This document shows, one piece after another, positions 28,533-37,042 of a stretch of DNA of 53,391 nucleotides. The notes beneath the pieces are model-generated. The model was not told the DNA's origin and ran no database searches. It saw only the letters and a list, made by a program, of their open reading frames with translations. The DNA lies in IMG/VR virus record IMGVR_UViG_3300025889_000161, positions 1 through 53,391 of that record; one strand, 5' to 3'. A program made the position numbers and the translations under genes. Positions within the stretch are counted from its first letter, which is position 1. Each line of letters starts with the position of its first letter. This DNA is from a virus. Its lineage: Duplodnaviria > Caudoviricetes.

Positions 28533-29140
28533 TATTCTTGGTTTCTTGGATCTTTTAAATAACCTATTAACGCACCATACACATTGAATCCACCACTGGT
28601 ATTACCATCAATTTCAATAGCTAATGACCCCCCTCTAGGAATTACTATATTTAGTGACGCATATAACCTACCGTCAGACATATACAATAATGCGTGATCA
28701 GCACCTCCAGAAGTAGCTCCCTCACCATCAGCTCCTTTATAAGCTAATGTTGTGGTTTTTAAAGATTTACTACTACCAAAATTTGTATTACTATTTATGT
28801 CAACATTATTGGCATTAGTGATAGTAGTACCACTTAAAGGATTTTTAACCACCCATATATTAGCTGCATCACTTACTGTCGCAGACCTAGTACCTAATCC
28901 AACAGCTACTGCTGTGATAACGTAATCATCATCTTCATCATTTTTAAAGTAAAGAATTGTTGTTCTTGTAGTAGAAGCTGAACTAAATGCAATACTTCCA
29001 GTATTAATGTTGTATTCATTACCTACAACTGCGGCTTGTCTTTGTTCAGTCTCTGTAACTGCAAAAGTATGCAGTTGATTGTTATTGTCAACCCTAGCCC
29101 TAGAGGCTCCTGTTGTTCCGTCTAAAATTTGCTCTGCCAT
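28532..29140 (-). CDS. Putative structural protein, paralog of 29147-29731
   Basis: 202 aa. Shared N-terminus DG..G..RARVDNNN.L.TF..TE; also LY.KN.D, KNP..GT.I..ANN and IP.G.S.AI. Confidence 0.5.
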   Translation of the reverse strand: MAEQILDGTTGASRARVDNNNQLHTFAVTETEQRQAAVVGNEYNINTGSIAFSSASTTRTTILYFKNDEDDDYVITAVAVGLGTRSATVSDAANIWVVKNPLSGTTITNANNVDINSNTNFGSSKSLKTTTLAYKGADGEGATSGGADHALLYMSDGRLYASLNIVIPRGGSLAIEIDGNTSGGFNVYGALIGYLKDPRNQE

Positions 29141-29146
29141 AATTTA

Positions 29147-29731
29147 TTATTTTTTTTCCATCCAACATTGAACTTCAATACAAGCTGTGGTTGCTACTCC
29201 AGGTTGTACTGCTATAGCAATAGAACTTCCTCCTGGAACAATTAAAGCACCATCATACTCCTGTATTGAGTGTCCTGGTAAATGTATTGTGAATTGACTA
29301 AATTGAGTTCCATCTGTTACAGTTTTACCATCAGCAGATGCTGCGTAAACTAACCCAGGGAAAGTTTCATTAGATCCTAGGTTTGAAGGTACGACTATAC
29401 CATTATTTGCATCACTAATAAGTGTGCCTGTGGTTGGGTTTTTGTAAAATTTAGATTGTAAGCTATTCATACTTGTACCTGTCCCACATATCCTAACTTT
29501 ATCTATAAATAAATTTTTAGATGAGTCTGTGTTTTTGATGTAGAGCATACCTGTAAAGCTTCCTGTAGTCGTTAAACTAATGAAGTCTGATGTTATAATA
29601 TAACCTGTTCCATCTCTAAGTGAAATGTCAGCCATTCTACTTTCTGTAATAGAGAATGTTTCAAGCCTATTATTATTATCAACTCTAGCTCTTTTTTCTC
29701 CCCCTGCCCCATCTCTGATTTCTGTTGCCAT
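29147..29731 (-). CDS. Putative structural protein, paralog of 28532-29140
   Basis: 194 aa; same motifs as neighbour. Confidence 0.5.
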   Translation of the reverse strand: MATEIRDGAGGEKRARVDNNNRLETFSITESRMADISLRDGTGYIITSDFISLTTTGSFTGMLYIKNTDSSKNLFIDKVRICGTGTSMNSLQSKFYKNPTTGTLISDANNGIVVPSNLGSNETFPGLVYAASADGKTVTDGTQFSQFTIHLPGHSIQEYDGALIVPGGSSIAIAVQPGVATTACIEVQCWMEKK

Positions 29732-29733
29732 AA

Positions 29734-30105
29734 TTATTGTGGATTATAAATTTTTCTTAAATATTTTGAACATATTTTTAATTCTTCAAGCATTTCTTCT
29801 TGAACTTCTGTTTGTCTTCTTATTATTTCTAGCAATCTATTTGATTCTGATACTTTATCTTCTTCATATATTATAATACTAATTTCATCAGTATCTTGCA
29901 TTAGGGTGGTGTCATATTCTAATGTAAGAATTCTATTAGAAATAGTTCCTCCCCTTCCTTCACAAGCAAAATTATAAATTACAATATTATCAGTAATATT
30001 AGTAATTAAAAGAATATGACTTATTTTTACTACTTCATTAAAAGTAATTGTTTGAGCAATTGCGTCAAAGGTATATTCTGAATTATCTAATATTTTTTTT
30101 ATCAT
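29734..30105 (-). CDS. Putative tail-associated protein (start revised to ATG 30105)
   Basis: MIKKILDNSEYTFD...LLITNITDNIVIYNFA...LEYDTT motif plus C-terminal coiled coil; ATGA overlap with the upstream stop supports the start. Confidence 0.5.
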   Translation of the reverse strand: MIKKILDNSEYTFDAIAQTITFNEVVKISHILLITNITDNIVIYNFACEGRGGTISNRILTLEYDTTLMQDTDEISIIIYEEDKVSESNRLLEIIRRQTEVQEEMLEELKICSKYLRKIYNPQ

Positions 30106-30416
30106 AATATAATACTCATTGCTATAGCAAAACATTTATCTGCTTTAATAGCTTCTAAATTAGTTATTCTATTTTCGTGATCAATTATTTTTTGTTCATT
30201 TTTTTCTATATCAGTAGTATTATTACTAATATCAGTTTCAGCATTAACTAGTTGAGTTTCTTCTTTTAGCCTTCTTTCGTGAGTACCTCTATAAGTTCTA
30301 AGGGTGCCATCACTACCATAACCATAATATACTTTATTTGGTACAGCTATAGCTTTTGTGTGAATATTTCTTATCTGTAAGTAAGAACCTGGATTTGATC
30401 TAGTAAAGTTACTCAT
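30102..30416 (-). CDS. Short coiled-coil fibre-like protein
   Basis: 104 aa. Heptads ISNNTTDIEKNEQKIIDHENRITNLE; hydrophobic C-terminus FAIAMSIIL. Confidence 0.45.
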   Translation of the reverse strand: MSNFTRSNPGSYLQIRNIHTKAIAVPNKVYYGYGSDGTLRTYRGTHERRLKEETQLVNAETDISNNTTDIEKNEQKIIDHENRITNLEAIKADKCFAIAMSIIL

Positions 30417-31027
30417 CTTTTTTTTCTTAAACTAATTACTTTTTTAATTCCTACTTTACCCATAGTATTGAATCCTGTACCAAAATCACCATATCCTACA
30501 CCAGCTTCAGCCTGCCATCCTTTATGACTTATAAAATCTGCAGATATAAAACCTCCTTTAAAGCCAGGATAAACTATAAGTTCTGGACCTAAATATAATT
30601 GATTAACTCTAACTTTTTCTGTAATATTATTAATTAAAGTATCTACTCTAAATATAGTAGGGAAAGCCATTGAATAATCTAAAGTTATACTATCTGGTTT
30701 TTCTTTTGACCATACTCCTATTGTAGCGTTTAATAGAGAATCCTTTTTTGTGTACATGTGACCAATACTCCAGTTAGAGGTATCTGATTTAAATATAGTG
30801 TCAGTAGTATAATAATGAAAGTCTTTAGTTATATATCTAATATCTTTAATTGTATCATATATTATACTATCTTTTCCTTCTATATATACAGTAGTAGTGT
30901 CTCTTTTTATTATTGTTTCTCCACTAAATGGAGATATAGGAGAGCATCCTTTATCTAATAATAAAATAACCACAACTATTGTTATAAGTAGTGTCCAACC
31001 GTTTCTTATAGCACTTCTTAGCTCCAT
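30413..31027 (-). CDS. Putative spanin-like membrane protein
   Basis: 204 aa, downstream of endolysin and holin. N-terminal TM helix followed by Cys28, DT-rich stalk, C-terminal amphipathic beta strands. Confidence 0.5.
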   Translation of the reverse strand: MELRSAIRNGWTLLITIVVVILLLDKGCSPISPFSGETIIKRDTTTVYIEGKDSIIYDTIKDIRYITKDFHYYTTDTIFKSDTSNWSIGHMYTKKDSLLNATIGVWSKEKPDSITLDYSMAFPTIFRVDTLINNITEKVRVNQLYLGPELIVYPGFKGGFISADFISHKGWQAEAGVGYGDFGTGFNTMGKVGIKKVISLRKKR

Positions 31028-31240
31028 TTATTCTTCTGTAGAAATTTCTTCTTTAGAAGGTAAAGCTATTAAGCTATCTTTACTTCTTAAAAATGTTACA
31101 CCTAATGTTCCCCATCCGGCAACCTCCATAGCAGAAGCACTTTTAGTAAATACTGCTACAACTGAGGCTAATATTAATACTACACCTAATGAAGTAGTTA
31201 CATAATTTTTAAATAATCTTTCTTTCATCTTATTATACAT
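31028..31240 (-). CDS. Putative holin (two TM segments)
   Basis: 70 aa directly after the endolysin; KNYVTTSLGVVLIL hydrophobic helix, second helix, charged tail. Alternative ATG at 31228. Confidence 0.65.
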   Translation of the reverse strand: MYNKMKERLFKNYVTTSLGVVLILASVVAVFTKSASAMEVAGWGTLGVTFLRSKDSLIALPSKEEISTEE

Positions 31241-31709
31241 TAAATTTATAAACTTTTGGATTAGCCATATTCCAAATTACATCTAAGTGAACCCAGCTAA
31301 TAGGTCTACCATTCATATTATTTTCTAATCTTATTTTAAAAGGTAAAACTTCATCATGTTGTTTTAACCAATCCCTTACTTCAACTGCAGTCATTCCTTC
31401 TACATCAAAATCTACAGCTTTACCCAATACATGTCCTGATAGATACATAGTACCTTTTTTAAATTTAGACATGAATATTGATCCCATATTACTTCTTAAT
31501 CCTCTTTGAGAAAATTTACCTCCTAGATGCCAATTATTTACAGTAATTGGTTTGTCTATTAATACTCTAACTACAAGTAAAGAATGTAATAACCTTGGAC
31601 ACATGAACTGCCAGGCTGTTTCTCCATATTTTTTGAATACTTTGGGGCTAACAAGTTCTTGTATTTTGAAATACTTTTTAATTTCAATATATATTTTCTC
31701 ATCTGTCAT
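31233..31709 (-). CDS. Endolysin, peptidase M15-like Zn peptidase
   Basis: YF.I.ELV, RGLR, SGHVLGKAVDFD and WVHLD give the H-D-H zinc ligands of the M15/Hedgehog-DD-peptidase fold. Confidence 0.85.
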   Translation of the reverse strand: MTDEKIYIEIKKYFKIQELVSPKVFKKYGETAWQFMCPRLLHSLLVVRVLIDKPITVNNWHLGGKFSQRGLRSNMGSIFMSKFKKGTMYLSGHVLGKAVDFDVEGMTAVEVRDWLKQHDEVLPFKIRLENNMNGRPISWVHLDVIWNMANPKVYKFNV

Positions 31710-31719
31710 ATACTCTTTT

Positions 31720-32154
31720 TTAAAATTCTGCAGTTGGTTTCCAATTATATTTTTTTATTAAACTTACTACTTCTTCTTCTGATAAAATCCTTTTATTATT
31801 TCTTTTATCTAATATCATTACTGCAATAGAATCAGCTATTGATTCTACAGTTAGTCCAGTTTTAGCACTAAGCATTGCACTAAACTTAACTCTTATACTA
31901 TCTTTAGAATTTAAAGTTTCATTAATTATCCTTATCTCATTAGCTGTTTTATACTTAACCATATAATCTGTTGTCATCACACCTTCCATAAAATCATGCG
32001 ATTCAATAAGTTCAATTACTACATTCTCAACTTCATCTTTAAATATTGCTTCATTACCCTCAGCTATTAGTCCCCAAATCCACATAGCAATTATTGAAAT
32101 TATGGGAGATATGAATCCTATTAATGCACCGTATTTATCAAAAAAATTTTTCAT
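31720..32154 (-). CDS. Membrane-anchored protein in lysis cassette
   Basis: 144 aa with a single N-terminal TM helix. Confidence 0.5.
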   Translation of the reverse strand: MKNFFDKYGALIGFISPIISIIAMWIWGLIAEGNEAIFKDEVENVVIELIESHDFMEGVMTTDYMVKYKTANEIRIINETLNSKDSIRVKFSAMLSAKTGLTVESIADSIAVMILDKRNNKRILSEEEVVSLIKKYNWKPTAEF

Positions 32155-32399
32155 GATGTAATATGTAAAAAATTAGCTATTTCTTTCCAGAATCCCTTAA
32201 TAAAAGTTAATAAAGTTATTGCACCTAAAACCATATATTTTTGTTTCTGATCTTTATTCTGATAATCTTCTATTGTTTTTACTCTTTCAATTAAACCTGT
32301 ATCCATAAAATCATTACCTAATAATGCATCTTTTATTTCTTTCACATCTTTAGCTGTTGTATTAGCTACTTCCTCTATTTTATTAACTTGTTCTTGCAT
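32151..32399 (-). CDS. Small coiled-coil plus C-terminal TM protein (holin/antiholin-like)
   Basis: 82 aa; IKDALLGN....GLIERV..IE followed by a hydrophobic helix. Confidence 0.5.
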   Translation of the reverse strand: MQEQVNKIEEVANTTAKDVKEIKDALLGNDFMDTGLIERVKTIEDYQNKDQKQKYMVLGAITLLTFIKGFWKEIANFLHITS

Positions 32400-32423
32400 T
32401 GTAATTCTTTTTTATTTCTTTGC

Positions 32424-32732
32424 TTAGATGTTATTTTGTGCAATTATTGATTTATCTAAGTCTTGAAAATTCAATGGTAAAGTAGGCATCAAGACAGCCC
32501 AATCTGATCGCTTCGGCTCTACCAAAATTGGTTTGCCATCGGTAGTCCATAAATCAGGGACACCATTCCCACCCGCAAAAAATTGACTTGTATACTCACC
32601 AACCTCAATAGTGTTGCCCTCACCATCTTGGCGTTGCTCTGAAAAACTACCATACAAAAAGTTGTGAATTACACGTTCTTTTTGTCGGTAATCATTATCA
32701 TTTTGACATATTAATCCTCTAAAAGTTTCCAT
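32424..32732 (-). CDS. Hypothetical protein coupled to LamG protein (start revised to ATG 32732)
   Basis: METFRGLICQN... starts 2 nt after the LamG gene stop; the longer ORF-track start overlaps that gene. Confidence 0.55.
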   Translation of the reverse strand: METFRGLICQNDNDYRQKERVIHNFLYGSFSEQRQDGEGNTIEVGEYTSQFFAGGNGVPDLWTTDGKPILVEPKRSDWAVLMPTLPLNFQDLDKSIIAQNNI

Positions 32733-32734
32733 TA

Positions 32735-34960
32735 TTAAGATATATTGTAGGTGTCCATTAGTGTTGTTGTTAATGCTGAGTCCTCGGAAGCACTTAAATA
32801 AGGTGTGTAACACATTAGGACTCCTTTACCACTCCAATAAGTTTGAAAACCATTTATTAAAAACCCATAAGGGATAATGTTTAATCTTGTACCCGTGTTG
32901 TCCATCCAATCCCCATCGTCCGTACCTGTTATAAAATTTAGGTTTTGACTGACATTGTTTATTGTTATATCATAAGCACTACCACTACTTTCAATTTTTG
33001 CCACATACTTTGTGTTAGTATTAATCACACCCGCGTCAGTGGTAAGGTTTGTTACGGTTGCGGAAGCATTAACGGTAACAAAATTTAAAGCACCAGTTGA
33101 CAATAGTTTAAACTCAAATCTATTTCTATTGTTTGAAGGTATGTTTTGTGACGAAAATAAAGGCTCATTTGAAACGGGTAAACTTGCGCCCGTTTCAAAT
33201 ACGAAATACATTGCGCCCGAGCTATCCGCACCCCTCCAATCTGTAACCGTATCACTTAAATAATCATTTATTCCATCATAATCAAAACTGTCATAATTAT
33301 TAAAATCACTATCGGGAGATACTAACGTTGGCTGATTTGATGCCCCGGGGTTAAACACATCGTATTGCCCTTTTACATCGAATAAAGTTGTTGTTGTACC
33401 GCTTACACTATTGTTTCCAGCATACCATAATTGCGTAATATTATAATTGTTAGTTATTTGACTAATAATTAATTCTTCGGTCATACCGTAATAAGTCATA
33501 AAATCCTCGTGCATTGCCTGAATATCTGCATCTGGTTTTACTACTGAATGATAACCACTCATTGCCCAATATTGTGAGCCATAATCAGGAGAATTGTCAA
33601 GTATTTTCCCGATTGTAATATTATCTGTTCCAGTTACTTGAATATCACTAAACCACATACCATCATTTACTCCTGTGACCATATCCTCAACTACTTCAAT
33701 ACCGTTAAGCCAAATTTTGTAAGCTGTTCCTGTAGAATAAATTGAAAGAACTATTGTGCCGTACTCAGATGCCGCCGGCCTTGAGGCTGTCGACAATCTA
33801 TTTAATCCTCCCGTATCATTTGCTCTAAAAAGTCCAGCACCTGCGGTATTAAACATTCCTAAATAGTTATTATTAACCCCATTATCTGAAGCTGCTAAAC
33901 CAACCCAAATATCAGATAAAGGTTGCAATACGGTAGTTATCATTCCTAAGCTATCAGCACTTCTCCAATTAGATACAATCTTTTCGAACCCTTGAGCACC
34001 GGAAAATTGAAACACTGGTTTTCCACCAAAATCTGAACTTGTTGTTAATGTAGGTTGCTCACCAACTGCATTTGCTAAATCGTGTTCACCCGCATAATCG
34101 TATGTAATTAATTCGGCACTTACATCCTCACTTGCAACATCACCCTCTTCACAATTTACCGTTGAACTTTGGATGCTTGAAATATTATCATAAAAATTCC
34201 ACTCATTTGCCACATCTGAATTATAATTGTCAAGGGCATTACTAAATCTGTAATAAGCTACTGCATTTGAAATACTTGCCTCATTCTTTGGAACACCATC
34301 ATTGTAAATGTCAGCAATTTGTGGTGCAGTTTTAGCATCACTTGTAAATAACACATCAGTTATTGAGCCGTTAAAGAATAATGTATCTCCACCACTATTA
34401 GTATTACCACAACCTAACCTACCATTATCTAAACCAGCAATATCATTAAACCATTGCGTAGCATCTGTACTGACTAAAAATGACTGAGCAACCGCTACGC
34501 CATCTACATATAATACGGGTGATGTTGCGTTTTGCACTAATGCAATATGTGTCCAAGTGGCATCTGAAAAAGCTGATGCATCAGTTGTTAATTGCCATTG
34601 AATAGTACCACTATTTCTAATAACACACACAAAAGTTCCGGTTGGAGTAATATAGCCGGTTATTATGCTGTTATCATCAGTATCTCCAAAGGCAAAAAAT
34701 CTCTCACTAACCGTTGGTGTGGCATCTATAGGTTTAACCCACATAGAGATAGTGCCAGTAGTTGTATTAGCTAATGGTGTTAGTACGTTGTCTGCATTTA
34801 CATACTCATCCGTTGCAATACTTAATACGTTTTGATTGGATGGTGTATTAATGTTTTCAGCACTCCACATATTTGTAAAATTGTAAGTACTAAATATTGA
34901 GGCAAGAGAGAGACCTCCCAAATTCCTCCACTTATGTATACCTAATCCTAATCCAAACAT
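32735..34960 (-). CDS. Multi-LamG / concanavalin-A-like receptor-binding protein (three domains)
   Basis: 741 aa. TISMWVKP, WTHIALV, LYVDGV and FFNGSITDV LamG motifs; two further related domains (QPTL...SDF...W R.ADS.G). Confidence 0.8.
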   Translation of the reverse strand: MFGLGLGIHKWRNLGGLSLASIFSTYNFTNMWSAENINTPSNQNVLSIATDEYVNADNVLTPLANTTTGTISMWVKPIDATPTVSERFFAFGDTDDNSIITGYITPTGTFVCVIRNSGTIQWQLTTDASAFSDATWTHIALVQNATSPVLYVDGVAVAQSFLVSTDATQWFNDIAGLDNGRLGCGNTNSGGDTLFFNGSITDVLFTSDAKTAPQIADIYNDGVPKNEASISNAVAYYRFSNALDNYNSDVANEWNFYDNISSIQSSTVNCEEGDVASEDVSAELITYDYAGEHDLANAVGEQPTLTTSSDFGGKPVFQFSGAQGFEKIVSNWRSADSLGMITTVLQPLSDIWVGLAASDNGVNNNYLGMFNTAGAGLFRANDTGGLNRLSTASRPAASEYGTIVLSIYSTGTAYKIWLNGIEVVEDMVTGVNDGMWFSDIQVTGTDNITIGKILDNSPDYGSQYWAMSGYHSVVKPDADIQAMHEDFMTYYGMTEELIISQITNNYNITQLWYAGNNSVSGTTTTLFDVKGQYDVFNPGASNQPTLVSPDSDFNNYDSFDYDGINDYLSDTVTDWRGADSSGAMYFVFETGASLPVSNEPLFSSQNIPSNNRNRFEFKLLSTGALNFVTVNASATVTNLTTDAGVINTNTKYVAKIESSGSAYDITINNVSQNLNFITGTDDGDWMDNTGTRLNIIPYGFLINGFQTYWSGKGVLMCYTPYLSASEDSALTTTLMDTYNIS

Positions 34961-35272
34961 TTATTTAATATTAAAGAATGATTTAAATCTTGTAATCCAA
35001 GTAATATTAGCTTCTGTTGGTACATTAAATTGTTTTAATGTTTTATGAGTAGAGATCATATTCCAAGCATCATCTCCAGACATATATCCTCCTCCCTTGT
35101 TTACAAATTCAAATGTACGAGAGTTTCTTAAAGTTCCACCTTCTTCTATAAAGATTAATTCAAATCTAACCTTATTATCTCCACTCCAACTATATGTAAT
35201 ATTTTCTACTTCCATACTAGGATTAGTTAATGTTAATTCTTCTGTTATTTTTACTGTTCCTATTGCTTTCAT
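34961..35272 (-). CDS. Hypothetical protein in fibre block
   Basis: 103 aa, tightly coupled between the DUF1566 and LamG genes. Confidence 0.55.
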   Translation of the reverse strand: MKAIGTVKITEELTLTNPSMEVENITYSWSGDNKVRFELIFIEEGGTLRNSRTFEFVNKGGGYMSGDDAWNMISTHKTLKQFNVPTEANITWITRFKSFFNIK

Positions 35273-35277
35273 TTTTT

Positions 35278-35925
35278 TTAGTTAAAATGGTTTCTACAAA
35301 TAAAATAAACTCCTACACCAATCGCCTTTCCGAATATGGCAGTGTCAAGCGAGGTGTTCACTATTTTTATTGTGTTTGCTGAATTATTTATTTGCGTGTT
35401 GCTACAGTTTATATATTGACCGCTAACATAATTAAATGGCGAATGATTAAAAACACCTGTAAGGGCTTCAGCTTCTGTAACACTAATCAATTCTTGTTGG
35501 TTAGGTATTCTCCAATCACTATATCCTAATGTAGTAGAAGCATATGCGTTACTTATAGCTGTATCCCAAGTTGTACCCGTAGCTGATACCACTCTATACC
35601 AGCCTAATCCAGTTAAATGATCTATAATATAATTATCTCCATAAACCTGCAAACCATTAATATCTGTATATCTGTTTGTATTTCCAAAAGTATTATCACT
35701 AACTAATGTTCTATGTGGGTCTAAGGCTGTTGTGTCTAATTCGGCATAGCTAACGGGATAAATGGGTGGTGTATAATCATAAGTTCCATTCGCTAAATGC
35801 CATGCGTCATCACCTGTCGAATAGGATGTTATTTGACCTGTAAGAGTCGGTCTCTTATAGGCAATACCACTAGGCGAAGCCCCTCCAGAACCCATACTTA
35901 CTTGACCTAAACCTAATCCAAACAT
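35278..35925 (-). CDS. DUF1566 / Lcl C-terminal (C-type lectin-fold) protein
   Basis: TGQITSY..GDD, IDHLTGLGW, TWDTA, GYSDWRIPNQQELIS and terminal ICR motifs. Confidence 0.8.
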   Translation of the reverse strand: MFGLGLGQVSMGSGGASPSGIAYKRPTLTGQITSYSTGDDAWHLANGTYDYTPPIYPVSYAELDTTALDPHRTLVSDNTFGNTNRYTDINGLQVYGDNYIIDHLTGLGWYRVVSATGTTWDTAISNAYASTTLGYSDWRIPNQQELISVTEAEALTGVFNHSPFNYVSGQYINCSNTQINNSANTIKIVNTSLDTAIFGKAIGVGVYFICRNHFN

Positions 35926-35942
35926 TTAATTATTTTTATATA

Positions 35943-36242
35943 TTAATTACCAGAAGTGGTATGTTGATATATGATTACTGCTCCTCCTGCTAATGTTACT
36001 GTTCCAACAATAGGTACATACCATATATGTCCTGCTGAAAGAGTTTGTGCAGATAAATCATCTCCTTCTGCTACAACATTTAATGTCGTAAAGGTTGCAT
36101 CTGTTATAGCATAAATAGCATATGCATTAATATTAGTATTAACATTTGTATCCGTTATAACTAAAGGCAAAGCTCCTGTAAGAGACTTACTCATAAGTTC
36201 TTGCAATCTTTTATTTGTAGTTTCCGTATCTATTTTTGTCAT
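35943..36242 (-). CDS. Small beta-rich structural/adaptor protein
   Basis: 99 aa; AIYAITDATF and TLSAG...VTLAGGAVIIY. Confidence 0.5.
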   Translation of the reverse strand: MTKIDTETTNKRLQELMSKSLTGALPLVITDTNVNTNINAYAIYAITDATFTTLNVVAEGDDLSAQTLSAGHIWYVPIVGTVTLAGGAVIIYQHTTSGN

Positions 36243-36254
36243 TATATTTTATTT

Positions 36255-36767
36255 TTAATTATATATTCTCACTTCAATGTACCCATCGAAATGTCCATCT
36301 GTAAAAGCTTTTTCTGTAGCTGCTCCATTAACGACAATATCCCATACTTGACACCTAACGTGCCCGTTACTAAATTCAACAGCTATTTGTTGGCAGTTTG
36401 GATCATTTTGTCCTGCGTATGGAAAGTTATGTAATATTACAGTATTATAATATTGTAAATCCCCAGCTCCTCCAGGGTCTCCAAAGTTTAAAACATACTT
36501 GCCTGGGTCACTCCTGGTGAATGTAGGAGTTATTCCCGTTGTGTTTTCATATACTTTTTCAATAGTAGGTACACCTGTTCCAGATTGTTCTACTAAAGCT
36601 GTGAAAGAAGTATAACCTCTTGCAGTAGTAGCTAAAGGTAAATTAGAAGAAAAATCTTCCAATGACATTTCTACTTCTTCATTATTATAAACTACGGATA
36701 TTCTATCTGAAGTTTTTAAATTAGTTTTAATAATTTTCTTATTTCCTGGTTTTCTATTAGTTCCCAT
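36255..36767 (-). CDS. Tail-fibre-tip-like protein
   Basis: Y.SFTALVEQSGTGVP...ENT.G....TR..PG.Y...IEVRIYN resembles C-terminal domains of Bacteroidota phage fibres. Confidence 0.55.
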   Translation of the reverse strand: MGTNRKPGNKKIIKTNLKTSDRISVVYNNEEVEMSLEDFSSNLPLATTARGYTSFTALVEQSGTGVPTIEKVYENTTGITPTFTRSDPGKYVLNFGDPGGAGDLQYYNTVILHNFPYAGQNDPNCQQIAVEFSNGHVRCQVWDIVVNGAATEKAFTDGHFDGYIEVRIYN

Positions 36768-36779
36768 ATTATTTATATT

Positions 36780-37040
36780 TTAACAATCTTTTGGTAAAAG
36801 CTTGTAACAATGTGTTATTATTTTATCTATTTTAGCACTTGTAAGACAGTTTAAAGTTGCATCTGGATCATATCTACACAATACTCCTAAAAGATTGTCT
36901 ACAATCTTCATTTTAATCTCTAGACATTTAGTATTTCCTCCGATGGCTAATTTATCAGAAATAGATACTCCTAAAGTACCTCTTCTACACTGAAGTAATC
37001 TTCTATGTGCTAATAGACAAGCTGAAGTTATATCTGCCAT
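36780..37040 (-). CDS. Small Cys-rich helical protein (tail hub B-like)
   Basis: 86 aa with 7 Cys; NCLT...IDKII motif; position after hub and fibre genes. Confidence 0.45.
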   Translation of the reverse strand: MADITSACLLAHRRLLQCRRGTLGVSISDKLAIGGNTKCLEIKMKIVDNLLGVLCRYDPDATLNCLTSAKIDKIITHCYKLLPKDC

Positions 37041-37042
37041 AA

